Below, piece after piece: positions 1 through 8,968 of a stretch of DNA of 32,000 nucleotides (position 1 is the stretch's first letter; the number at the start of each line of letters is the position of its first letter). The notes below the pieces were generated by a model that saw nothing but the letters and a program-made list of their open reading frames with translations, made no database searches and had not been told where the DNA came from. Position numbers and translations under genes: made by a program. This DNA is from an uncultured bacterium (GTDB lineage: Bacteria; Margulisbacteria; WOR-1; CAVSGV01), in contig OY969425.1 of assembly GCA_963699255.1 (NCBI GenBank), positions 510,001 through 542,000 of the forward strand, given 5' to 3'.

Positions 1-529
1 TGCGCCACTATTAATTATCACTTTTGGCGTCCCAATGCGAAAAACAAGCCATTATTATGTTTAATCGTGTACATGCGTGAATATGCCAGACAGAAATCCA
101 AATAAGCCATTTACAGCCCCGAAAACTCAAAGATCAACTCAATAATACTGAAATAAACCCCAAAAACATCAAAATGAACCCCTAAAATAGGTAGATAGAT
201 ACCGTAAGATGTAAAGTCGATGACAAATTCATCAAAAAACAACAAAATTTATACAAATATACATACATATGGCTAAATTATGAGAAAAACAGCTTAAAAT
301 AGGCAAATATAAGGCACAATACGGCCTGAAGATCCTAAATCGAATGAGAAACTTTGTCAGAAAAACCGAGTAAACAACTGGCCAGGGATAAATCTCATGA
401 CATAGGTATGGAGTGGGACTGCCGGGGGTGAAAAATCAGTATTTTTGTGCTACAAAGCCACCTTTTGATGCTTGCCTTACTTGACATAAGATATATTATG
501 CGACGTTAAACATGAAGAAAAGCGGCTGT

Positions 530-1534
530 TTAGTGTATTTTGCTCAAATAATACGCTTCATTGGTCATTGCAGCCCTGAAGGCATTTAAGCTGTCAGATG
601 ATGAATCCACCCTCCAATCGCTTTCTTTCTTCATATTGAACCATACGTAAAGCTTGATCTTTTTATAGTTATTCTTCAAACTATTAAATGCATCGGCAAT
701 CCAGAGAGGCTTGTTTGTTGCTGGTTCTGCAGTTCCGCATGCCATTTCCCCTACCATGACCGGTTTATTTGAGAGGATCGCGCTTGGAAATGAAGAATAA
801 CCTAATAATAAAACATCATCAGAAGAAGTTGACCCGGAATTCGAATAACCGTCAAATGCGACCCAGTCAACAAAAGTATCTCCGGGGTAATAATTTTGGA
901 CCATGTTCCAATCGTCCGTAGGGTTGCTGTGATCCATCGGACACCACACCCAGGTCACGTTTTTTGCCCCAACGGCTTCAAATGTAGCGTGTATCCTTTC
1001 CCAAGCGGCCTTATACTTGCTGGTCGCCGCTTCATCGCTGCCGTTAAATGCTCCCGACCATGGATACCAGTTGCCGTTCATTTCATGAGCAAATCTTAAA
1101 AATAACGGCTTTCCCCATGATTCCGCCGATATAGCGAAAGCCGTAATATAGCTGTCGCAGTCACCGGAAATAATATGATCAAGAGAAAATGAAGTGTCGC
1201 TGCTGGATCCCCAATTCCATGGCTCCCAGGTAAGCATAGGTATGCTGTTGTGGTCATGGACAATGTCACAGGCCGAGGTCGGGAAAAGGCTGACAAAATC
1301 CAGATACCACATGACAACGGCGACTTCCCTGGAAATAAGGCCTTCATAATATGTTATTGATTCAGCCGAAGGCTCGCCGTCGTGAAGAAATACACCGATG
1401 CCGCAGCCGGAATAATCTCCCGTGATCTTTAATGTTGGAACAGTTCCGCCGGTTTGTTGGGTCGTTGAACAGGATACCATGCAGCAAACCAACGCGATAA
1501 GGAGTACGAGGATCAAATAGAAGCGTTTTCTCAT
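530..1534 (-). CDS. Glycoside hydrolase family 26-like (beta-mannanase type) lipoprotein
   Basis: 334 aa; signal peptide with lipobox-like VSC|S; GH26-type motif FLRFAHEMNGNWYPWSG with acid/base Glu, WVWCP, and a candidate nucleophile in VMVGEMACG. Confidence 0.8.
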   Translation of the reverse strand: MRKRFYLILVLLIALVCCMVSCSTTQQTGGTVPTLKITGDYSGCGIGVFLHDGEPSAESITYYEGLISREVAVVMWYLDFVSLFPTSACDIVHDHNSIPMLTWEPWNWGSSSDTSFSLDHIISGDCDSYITAFAISAESWGKPLFLRFAHEMNGNWYPWSGAFNGSDEAATSKYKAAWERIHATFEAVGAKNVTWVWCPMDHSNPTDDWNMVQNYYPGDTFVDWVAFDGYSNSGSTSSDDVLLLGYSSFPSAILSNKPVMVGEMACGTAEPATNKPLWIADAFNSLKNNYKKIKLYVWFNMKKESDWRVDSSSDSLNAFRAAMTNEAYYLSKIH

Positions 1535-2256
1535 TTATTCAATGCGTCGACCACTTCACCCGCAAAGGCATCGGAATACCTGTATATGTCGACCGTAATG
1601 AAGTTCTTATCTATAACTATGTCTTTTTCAACGTAGCTTACGCCCATTTTCTTGAGATCTCTGGCCAATGAAGGATGAACGGTGGCCTTTATGTCCTTTA
1701 AAAGGCCCCATTTGGCCAGATAAACGGGAATATTATCCATCGCGCATATCAATTTGCCTTTCGCGTTGAATTCCCTGGCTTTATCGATAAGGACCGGGTT
1801 TTCATAGAATTTCTTCGCGAGATACCCGCCGACAAAGACGACCGCGTCATATCGGTCAACATTTATCTGTTCAACGGCCAAATTCGGCCTGACCTTCATA
1901 ATATCCGTGCCCAGAGCTATCTCGCTCGTGGAAGCTGACGCGACCTCAACGGTGTACCCTGCCCTGCTTATAATGACTTTTGGGATGGTATATTCGTCAT
2001 CAACAAAATTATACTGCGGGATAATAAAAAGAACGTAACCGGTCTTTGCACTGACTTCGCTGGAAACCTGCGGCAATATCGCCGCGGTTTCCGCTGTTAC
2101 AGCTGCTTCAGATGTTGAGGGAACCGAAGCTTCGACAGTCTCAGAATATGCATCACTAAAATATAAGGCCGTCAAGGCCATTAAGACCATCAGGGCAATA
2201 AAAGAGATTAAGGCAATACGGCTAAAAAGATAAGAAAGGCTATAATACTTAACCAT
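1531..2256 (-). CDS. Membrane-anchored DJ-1/PfpI-like protein
   Basis: N-terminal TM segment, then DJ-1/PfpI pattern: GYVLFIIPQYNFVDDEY..IPKVIISRAGYTVEVAS, YDAVVFVGG, LAKWGLLKDIKAT. The track ORF begins at 2328; start at 2256 (MVKYYSLSYLF) is preferred. Last codons overlap the GH26 gene. Confidence 0.65.
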   Translation of the reverse strand: MVKYYSLSYLFSRIALISFIALMVLMALTALYFSDAYSETVEASVPSTSEAAVTAETAAILPQVSSEVSAKTGYVLFIIPQYNFVDDEYTIPKVIISRAGYTVEVASASTSEIALGTDIMKVRPNLAVEQINVDRYDAVVFVGGYLAKKFYENPVLIDKAREFNAKGKLICAMDNIPVYLAKWGLLKDIKATVHPSLARDLKKMGVSYVEKDIVIDKNFITVDIYRYSDAFAGEVVDALNK

Positions 2257-2328
2257 TATTTCGCCTTGTTGACCTTCTTCCTTTTTCACTTGTTGGCCCT
2301 GACGGCCTTTCTCATCCTTGCTTCCCAC

Positions 2329-2904
2329 TTAGAAATCAAAATTGATCCCGAAAGAAATCAGCGTCGGCAGCCCGAATCCAAGCCTTGTCCTTGTGTTGTC
2401 GTTCAATATCCACATTGTGCCCATTTCAAGATTAAGAGGAACTATCGCGGCGAATGTGCCGAATTCGACATATCTCAGATCATTTATCCCGATCTCATCT
2501 CTTACCTCCGAAGGGATCTTTTTTTCGTCGATCAAAGCGCCGTTCTTGGTCCTGATAGCATCAATGGCTGTCTTTATCTGTTTCTCCGTCGGCTGGCCGG
2601 TTATCCATGTGTATCCGTAGCCAAGCACCCAGGTCACCCCATATTCGCATTTCGGATAACCGAACCCGTCCTTTTCAACGAAACCGATCATGGGTGATCC
2701 GCCAAATCCGAGCCCGCAGGTGAAGTGTTTGCTTATCTTGAAATAATCGTTAGAAATGTACTCGATCGGGACCATTTTCGGCTGTTCTGACGGTTTTTCG
2801 ATGATTTTGGCGCTCTCAACTTTTTTGACAGGAATGGGGCCGCCGGCAAACGCCATGCTGGAAGTCAGAACTATCAAGGAAAACAGTAAAACTATCTTTT
2901 TCAT
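2329..2904 (-). CDS. Small outer-membrane protein with signal peptide (paralog of the gene at 23475)
   Basis: Start MKKIVLLFSLIVLTSSMAFAG at 2904 preceded by GGAGGG; ends GLPTLISFGINFDF, identical to the end of the 23475 gene; aromatic terminal residue. Confidence 0.7.
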   Translation of the reverse strand: MKKIVLLFSLIVLTSSMAFAGGPIPVKKVESAKIIEKPSEQPKMVPIEYISNDYFKISKHFTCGLGFGGSPMIGFVEKDGFGYPKCEYGVTWVLGYGYTWITGQPTEKQIKTAIDAIRTKNGALIDEKKIPSEVRDEIGINDLRYVEFGTFAAIVPLNLEMGTMWILNDNTRTRLGFGLPTLISFGINFDF

Positions 2905-2929
2905 GTTATTCCCTCCTGTTGCCACTATT

Positions 2930-4576
2930 TTACCACCTGCTCGGCACAAGCTCAAATGAAAAATTGAATTCGCTCCTGAACGTATCGCCCGCGTTCCTCA
3001 GGTTGTATTCAAAAACAAGATTATAGCAGTGCATCCCGAAGATCCATTCGTACTTGACATTATACAGGTCCCAGCTTGGAAGGTCATATGAAGTAGTGAA
3101 CTTGAACGTGGAATACCAGGCCTTTATGGCCATGCCTCCGACGAACTGATCATATGGAGAATAATAATATCCTTCAAAAACATAAGGGCTGTAACCTCTT
3201 TGCATTATATAATGGATGTGTCCGTATTCGAGCGAGAGCCTGTCGAAAAAATGCTGCTGCAGGTATATTTGCTGGCGGGAATTATCCCATGATCCCAGCT
3301 TTCCGTAATCCGAGAGGCTGAGATCAACGATTGCTTTAAGGTCCCCGAGCAGGCCGAAACTACCCGCATATGTAATGTCAGCGAAATAATTCCTCCGCGG
3401 GCTTGACTGCGTGAAACCTTCGGTAGAAGATGTTTCGAACTCCGAGACCTCCTCTGACACATTCGCGTAGCTTGCTTCGGCAAAATATGTGAAATGCTCC
3501 CCCAGGTAAGGCACGGGCTTCCTGTTGGATCTCAGTGTGATCTTTGGCGTGAAGCTCACCCTGCTGAACGGTCCGACGTTTTGATCAAGGTTTATCCGTT
3601 CCCTGAATGAATATTTTGCTTCCAGCTCGTAGCTGTATTTCCCTCCGGGGCGATAAAAGTCATATACTTGCTGAGCTTCATCTTCTGCGCTTATTAACTT
3701 CGGCCCTAAAGAAAAATAGTGGGTCAGGCCCCAGAAGAACTTTTCGCCCTCATTGCTTCCCAGATGCAGCTCGCCTTCATTGCGGTCGCTCAATATGTAA
3801 TTGGCTGTCAGGCCCACACCGAAATGATTTGTCCCCATATAGCTTAACAGCAGTTTTGCGTATTTCCTGGGGGTGAAATACCAGTTGAAACCCTGCCTTA
3901 TAAAAGTCCCGTCAACGGGGTTATTACCTATCTCCGGAACAGGCTGGGTCGTTTTAATGCCCTCGTCTACCGCCTCGGCCCGTGTTTTTTCGGGCGCAAT
4001 CTGTTTTTTCTTGATGAATTTCGACTTTGGAACAGGCGCGGAATAAATGAACGTGGGTAAAGGTAAGACCGGAACGATCCATATGAAGCCGGTCACATAG
4101 TAAGCCACGATGAGCCCTGTATTCGGATAAAGTGTCATATGCTGGGCGGAAAAATGGTAGTGCGAGGACGGCTCGTTGCAGCCGGTGAAGTAAGCATCAT
4201 ACATTTCAGACTTATCTTTGCCCAGGACCATTTCCCTGGCACCCATGAACGTTTTTCCGAAATTCACCCTGACTTTCTCCGCGTTGCCGGCGTTCTTCCA
4301 GTAATAGTACTCGAGAGAACTGCCCGATATCCTGTATCCTTCCTTTTCGAATTCGAACTTGTCCATCGCCATTATCTTGTCGTCCCTGAAATATCTGATG
4401 ACATAGGGCGATTCTATCCTGAAATCAGGGCCTTCCACGACAACGTTCCCTTTGGCGATAAGAACGTCCCTGTATTTATCGTAATGTTTGTAATCGGCGG
4501 TTACCTTTAGGGTGGCCGCGTAGCTGTACCCATTGCAGAGAATAAAAAGCGCTACAAGTAATCTTTTTGCGATCAA
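2930..4576 (-). CDS. lptD: LptD/OstA-like outer-membrane protein
   Basis: N-terminal OstA-like repeats (LIAKGNVVVEGPDFRIESPYVIRYFRDD), FTGCNEPSSHYHFSAQHMTLYPN, LPLPTFIYSAP, then a beta-rich C-terminal barrel region. Confidence 0.78.
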   Translation of the reverse strand: MIAKRLLVALFILCNGYSYAATLKVTADYKHYDKYRDVLIAKGNVVVEGPDFRIESPYVIRYFRDDKIMAMDKFEFEKEGYRISGSSLEYYYWKNAGNAEKVRVNFGKTFMGAREMVLGKDKSEMYDAYFTGCNEPSSHYHFSAQHMTLYPNTGLIVAYYVTGFIWIVPVLPLPTFIYSAPVPKSKFIKKKQIAPEKTRAEAVDEGIKTTQPVPEIGNNPVDGTFIRQGFNWYFTPRKYAKLLLSYMGTNHFGVGLTANYILSDRNEGELHLGSNEGEKFFWGLTHYFSLGPKLISAEDEAQQVYDFYRPGGKYSYELEAKYSFRERINLDQNVGPFSRVSFTPKITLRSNRKPVPYLGEHFTYFAEASYANVSEEVSEFETSSTEGFTQSSPRRNYFADITYAGSFGLLGDLKAIVDLSLSDYGKLGSWDNSRQQIYLQQHFFDRLSLEYGHIHYIMQRGYSPYVFEGYYYSPYDQFVGGMAIKAWYSTFKFTTSYDLPSWDLYNVKYEWIFGMHCYNLVFEYNLRNAGDTFRSEFNFSFELVPSRW

Positions 4577-4579
4577 GAT

Positions 4580-5380
4580 TTATTTTGAGTATTTTTTCAT
4601 CAGCTTGCTTGCATCCGCAGATGCTTTCTTGAATTCCTCAAAAGCTTCCTTCGCGTTCTTTGCGGTCGCCTTTATATCGGATGTGAAATCCGGATCAGTG
4701 GTCAGCTTGCTCAGCGCAGAGATAATGCCGTCAAGTTCCCTGCTCACCCTGTTGACCGTATCGGATGCGGTGCTAAGGCTTTTAATCAGGTCCTCGAAAC
4801 CGCCCTTCTCCAGCGACTTTGAGAGCCCCGATGCTATGCTGTTCAACTCATACGTTGTTTTTTCTATGTTCACGAGCGTTTGCTTTGCCGCTCTTTGAAT
4901 GACAGGGTCGTCCGTTATCTGTCTTACGGACTGGAGTATACGCTTGCTTTCCTCCAGGTTCTGCGTCCCTATGTCAATGAAATCGACTATCCCCAAAGTG
5001 CTGTAACCCGGGATAACACTTTTGTCTTTAAGCATGGTTTCGGATATGCCGGGGATTATTTCAACATATTTTTGCCCGATCAAACCGTCAAAAGCGACTC
5101 TCAGGGAAGATCCTTCCGGGACTTTTATTCTTTGCTGTATTATCAAATAAACTTTGACATCCTCGGGACTCGGTTCGATCCGTTCAACTTTACCGACCTT
5201 GTAGCCGCGATATCTGACCTCCGCTCCGGTGACCACGCCTCCGGCATTGCTGAACGATCCGACAAGCTCATATCCCTTTGCTTTTAAGAAAACGTCACCT
5301 TTCCATACGATCATCGTACCAAGTATCACCAATGCCGCAAGAGCAATGATGCCGACCTTGGCCTGCATGGACATTTTCAT
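4580..5380 (-). CDS. mlaD: MlaD/MCE-domain lipid transport substrate-binding protein
   Basis: One N-terminal TM, then MCE domain YELVGSFSNAGGVVTGAEVRYRGYKVGKVERIE..YVEIIPG; next to mlaF and mlaE. Confidence 0.88.
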   Translation of the reverse strand: MKMSMQAKVGIIALAALVILGTMIVWKGDVFLKAKGYELVGSFSNAGGVVTGAEVRYRGYKVGKVERIEPSPEDVKVYLIIQQRIKVPEGSSLRVAFDGLIGQKYVEIIPGISETMLKDKSVIPGYSTLGIVDFIDIGTQNLEESKRILQSVRQITDDPVIQRAAKQTLVNIEKTTYELNSIASGLSKSLEKGGFEDLIKSLSTASDTVNRVSRELDGIISALSKLTTDPDFTSDIKATAKNAKEAFEEFKKASADASKLMKKYSK

Positions 5381-5396
5381 ATGACCTACCTCCTCA

Positions 5397-6206
5397 TCAT
5401 GATACTGTTCCGGTAATGAACTGTTTTATTATCGGGTTAGACGACCTTTTTGTTTCGTCGGGAGTTCCCGCATCTATTGCTTTGCCATTATGAAGCATTA
5501 CGATCCTGTCCGCAATCTTGTAAACCGTGAGAAGCTGGTGGGTCACGATGACCGCGGATGTTCCGAGCTTATGATGAACGTCAAGTATGAGGTCCTCGAT
5601 AGACGTTGTGCTAATAGGGTCCAGGCCTGTCGTAGGCTCATCATAAAGTATTATTTCAGGGTCCGTTGCCAGCGCCCTGGCAAGCCCCACTCTTTTCTGC
5701 ATCCCGCCGGAGAGCTCGGAAGGCATGAGATCCTCAACGCCCTTAAGACCGACCATATCCAGCTTTTCCGAAACGATCTTCTTGATCTTTGCATCCGGAT
5801 AATCGGTGTGTTCCCTGAGCCCGAAAGCCACATTCTCGCCCACGGTGAGGGAATCAAAGAGAGCTGAGGATTGAAACACCATCCCGATATTCTTCCTGAT
5901 ACCTACCAGCTCATCTTTTTCCATGTTCACTATGTTATTGCCCTTGACTATGATCTCGCCGGAGGTCGGGGGGAAAAGCCCTATGATGAGCCTCAAAAGC
6001 GTGCTTTTGCCGCATCCGGAGGGGCCGATGATCGCCAGCACTTCCCCTTTTTTGACATTTATGCTCACCCCGTCAATGACCTTTTTGCCGTTAAACCTTT
6101 TATAAACGTTCTTCAGTTCGATGACATTCTCGACCGGTTTTTTTTCTGAAACGGCCCTTACGATCCTTTTTACGCTTCGCCTGAATATTTTTAATAGATC
6201 AAACAA
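5397..6206 (-). CDS. mlaF: MlaF-type ABC transporter ATPase
   Basis: Walker A GPSGCGKST, signature LSGGMQKRVGLARAL, Walker B EIILYDEPTTGLDP; co-operonic with MlaE and MlaD homologs. Confidence 0.9.
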   Translation of the reverse strand: MFDLLKIFRRSVKRIVRAVSEKKPVENVIELKNVYKRFNGKKVIDGVSINVKKGEVLAIIGPSGCGKSTLLRLIIGLFPPTSGEIIVKGNNIVNMEKDELVGIRKNIGMVFQSSALFDSLTVGENVAFGLREHTDYPDAKIKKIVSEKLDMVGLKGVEDLMPSELSGGMQKRVGLARALATDPEIILYDEPTTGLDPISTTSIEDLILDVHHKLGTSAVIVTHQLLTVYKIADRIVMLHNGKAIDAGTPDETKRSSNPIIKQFITGTVS

Positions 6207-6209
6207 GTA

Positions 6210-6989
6210 TCACCTTTTAAATAGTATCAGTGACATGAAGTAATTGGCAACAAATATGGCCATAAGGGAATATACCACGGAATTGGTGGTGGCTTCTCCA
6301 ACCCCTCTTGCCCCTCCTTTTGTCTTAAGGCCCATGTAACAGCCGATTATTGAGATTATCATCCCGAAAATGACCGCCTTGATTATCCCTCCGGTTATGT
6401 CGCTCAAGCTCAGAAAGGACGATGCCGAATCCATATAGCCGAAAGAATTGATACCAACAACGTATACCGCCACAAGATACCCGCCGAAGAACCCGATCAG
6501 ATCGGCAAATATGGTAAGTATGGGAAGCATGAAAGTGCTCGCAATGAACCTTGGAACAACGAGATGTTTTATCGGATCGCTCCCCATCGCATAGATGGCG
6601 TCTATCTGTTCCGTTACCGCCATTGTTCCGATCTCCGCCGCAAAAGCCGAACCCACGCGTCCCGCGATCACAACGGCTGTAAGCGCGGGTGCAAGTTCCC
6701 TCGCTACGGCAATGCCCATGACCCCTCCGACCACGTTCCCCGCGCCGAACTTAACGAATTCGGAGGCTATCTGGACGGCAAAGACCATTCCAACGAACGC
6801 CGCCGTGACCACAGCAACCGGGAGCGAATCTATCCCCACCCTAACCATTTGCGCAAGCAGGTCCCTGAAATTGAACGTGCCTCTTACCGCGTAAAACAAT
6901 GTTTGGGCGGAAAGGATAGTTATATCCCCGACCTCTTCCAGAACTTCAATGATCCACTTTCCAAGATCATCAAACATTTTCATCACCAA
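6210..6989 (-). CDS. mlaE: MlaE-type ABC transporter permease
   Basis: Multi-TM permease with AVVTAAFVGMVFAVQIASEF, RELAPALTAVVIAGRVGSAFAAEIGTMAVTEQIDA, GARGVGEATTNSVV. Confidence 0.9.
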   Translation of the reverse strand: MVMKMFDDLGKWIIEVLEEVGDITILSAQTLFYAVRGTFNFRDLLAQMVRVGIDSLPVAVVTAAFVGMVFAVQIASEFVKFGAGNVVGGVMGIAVARELAPALTAVVIAGRVGSAFAAEIGTMAVTEQIDAIYAMGSDPIKHLVVPRFIASTFMLPILTIFADLIGFFGGYLVAVYVVGINSFGYMDSASSFLSLSDITGGIIKAVIFGMIISIIGCYMGLKTKGGARGVGEATTNSVVYSLMAIFVANYFMSLILFKR

Positions 6990-6993
6990 CCTT

Positions 6994-8607
6994 TTAAAGG
7001 ATCGACGCTAAAGTATAAGGGATCGAATCAATTATGTCACTGGCTATGAGACCGTGTTCACCTTTTATTGAGGCAGCCAGGTTCCCCGCCATGCCGTGGA
7101 TATACGCCCCCGCGACAGCCGCGTTGAAAGCGTCCACTCCCTGGCCTATCAGGCTCGCGATAATGCCCGTAAGAACGTCCCCGACGCCGGCGGAAGCCAT
7201 GCCGGGGTTCCCCGTCGGATTGATGAACGTTCTCCCCTTTGCCGCAATGACAGTGTTAGCCCCTTTTAAAACCATTGTAACGCCGAACTTGTCCGCAAAA
7301 CTGCTCGCGCTGATGATCCTGTCACGCTGAATCTCGTTTATCGACTTGCCGCAAAGCCTTGAGAGCTCGCCCGGATGAGGGGTCAATATGATATCTTTTC
7401 CCGCTGAAATCAAGATCGAGGGATCAGTTATCGCGTTCAATCCGTCCGCGTCAATGACCATAGGAACCCTGATCTTTTTCGAGCGGATCAATCCGCCAAC
7501 GATTTTGGTTATGTTCTTTCCTTTTGAAAGTCCGGGGCCAATGGCGATACAATCGCAGTCTTCCAGTTTTTCATCCATATCGGCAAAACCGGCAACTACC
7601 GTTTCAAGGGACATGGAATTGACGATGTCCTTGATAGCGTCGGGAACACAAAGAGCGACCAGCCCTGATCCGGTCCTTAAAGCGGCGCTCGCGGTCAATA
7701 CGGCAGCTCCCATCATCCCGGACGATCCGGCAATGACCAATACTCTGCCGCAGTTACCCTTATGATAATCAACTTTCCGTCTGGGAATGACGCCCGCAAC
7801 ATACCTTGAATCCGTTACCTGTATCCCTTCGACTCCGCTCAGGGCAAGCCCTTTGACTTCGCTCAGGGCAGGCCCTTCGATCGTTCGTTTTATTTCCTTT
7901 TTCGGGGATCCCTGGACCAGAGTCTCAATAGGATTTGGTTTAGGTATGCCGATGCTGGCGGTAATGATCTTTCCCGCAAATTTGCTTGCGGGATATCTAA
8001 GCAGGCCGATCTTCGGATATTCAAAAGTAACGGTGATGTCAGCGGCCACGCACTTCCTGGAAACTTCACCCGTCGAGGCATCCGTTCCGGAAGGGACATC
8101 CACAGAAAGCACCATGTAAGGCCTTTTTCCCTTGATCTCTTTTTTTAGATCATTAACAAGATCCACGGCCCTGGCAGCAACATCCTTGATCTCGCCTCTC
8201 ATGCCGATCCCGTACATTGCGTCAATGACTATGTCCGAATCAATTATGGAGCTTTTCAGTTTTTTGAAGCTTTCGTCCGAGGCAAGCTCGACGATCGTTA
8301 CCTGCAGGCCTTTTAAGATCTTCAGGTTCTCAAGACTGTCAGAAGATGAGATATTACTTTCCGGAGAGATCAAAAACACGTCGGTTCTGATCCCGGCATT
8401 ATGAAGATATCTTGCGGCTACAAAGCCGTCACCGCCGTTGCCGCCGCTCCCGCACAATACGCAGGCCGAGCTTGCCCGTTTCATTTCATTGGCGGCAACG
8501 TTCGCGACCCTCATGCCGGCGATCTCCATAAGGATCCTTGTGGGGATCCCAAGCTCAACAGCGAATCGCTCCAGTGTTCTCATTTCATCAGAAGTTATCG
8601 CTTTCAT
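6994..8607 (-). CDS. nnr: Bifunctional NAD(P)H-hydrate epimerase / ADP-dependent NAD(P)H-hydrate dehydratase
   Basis: N-terminal YjeF domain (CGSGGNGGDGFVAARYL, DVPSG), C-terminal ADP-dependent dehydratase (ILTPHPGELSRL, NPTGNPGMASAGVGDVLTGIIA). Confidence 0.9.
   Translation of the reverse strand: MKAITSDEMRTLERFAVELGIPTRILMEIAGMRVANVAANEMKRASSACVLCGSGGNGGDGFVAARYLHNAGIRTDVFLISPESNISSSDSLENLKILKGLQVTIVELASDESFKKLKSSIIDSDIVIDAMYGIGMRGEIKDVAARAVDLVNDLKKEIKGKRPYMVLSVDVPSGTDASTGEVSRKCVAADITVTFEYPKIGLLRYPASKFAGKIITASIGIPKPNPIETLVQGSPKKEIKRTIEGPALSEVKGLALSGVEGIQVTDSRYVAGVIPRRKVDYHKGNCGRVLVIAGSSGMMGAAVLTASAALRTGSGLVALCVPDAIKDIVNSMSLETVVAGFADMDEKLEDCDCIAIGPGLSKGKNITKIVGGLIRSKKIRVPMVIDADGLNAITDPSILISAGKDIILTPHPGELSRLCGKSINEIQRDRIISASSFADKFGVTMVLKGANTVIAAKGRTFINPTGNPGMASAGVGDVLTGIIASLIGQGVDAFNAAVAGAYIHGMAGNLAASIKGEHGLIASDIIDSIPYTLASIL
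7825..7880 (-). repeat. In-frame 24-bp tandem repeat (2 units plus partial third) inside nnr
   Basis: + strand: CCCTTCGACTCCGCTCAGGG-CAAG / CCCTTTGACTTCGCTCAGGG-CAGG / CCCTTCGA. Encodes ALSEVKGL ALSGVEGI between the two domains. Confidence 0.85.
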
Positions 8608-8615
8608 GTGCCCCC

Positions 8616-8966
8616 CTAATCCACCATAACAACGGCGGTCGCGTATTTCAAGCTGTGAGAAAGACTGACCATGGCTTTCTTTTTCAGTTTTTGTTTGATA
8701 TATATGCGGGGTCTTCCCTGACTGTTATTTATTACCTCTATCTCTTTCCAGTGAATGCCTCTAATGCCCGTACCTATCGCCTTCGAATAGGCCTCCTTGG
8801 CTGCGAACCTTGCGGCAAGCTCCGGGAATTTAAGCGCTTTTTTCTTCGTGCAGTAATCGATCTCTCTTGCTGTGAAGATCCTGTTGAGGAATGTGTCCTG
8901 GAACTGTTTTACAGCCGACTTAACCCTTTGGATCTCAATTATGTCTATGCCTATGCCTTTTTGCAC
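8616..8966 (-). CDS. acpS: Holo-[acyl-carrier-protein] synthase
   Basis: 116 aa; GIGIDIIEIQRVKSAV, FTAREIDYC, ELAARFAAKEAYSKAIG, VSLSHSLKYATAVVM. Confidence 0.93.
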   Translation of the reverse strand: MQKGIGIDIIEIQRVKSAVKQFQDTFLNRIFTAREIDYCTKKKALKFPELAARFAAKEAYSKAIGTGIRGIHWKEIEVINNSQGRPRIYIKQKLKKKAMVSLSHSLKYATAVVMVD

Positions 8967-8968
8967 AG

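Noticed and set aside
6564-7049. 161-aa plus-strand ORF opposite mlaE/nnr, and the other plus-strand ORFs in the track
   Set aside because: All overlap confidently assigned minus-strand genes in antisense and show no recognisable domain, signal peptide or RBS.
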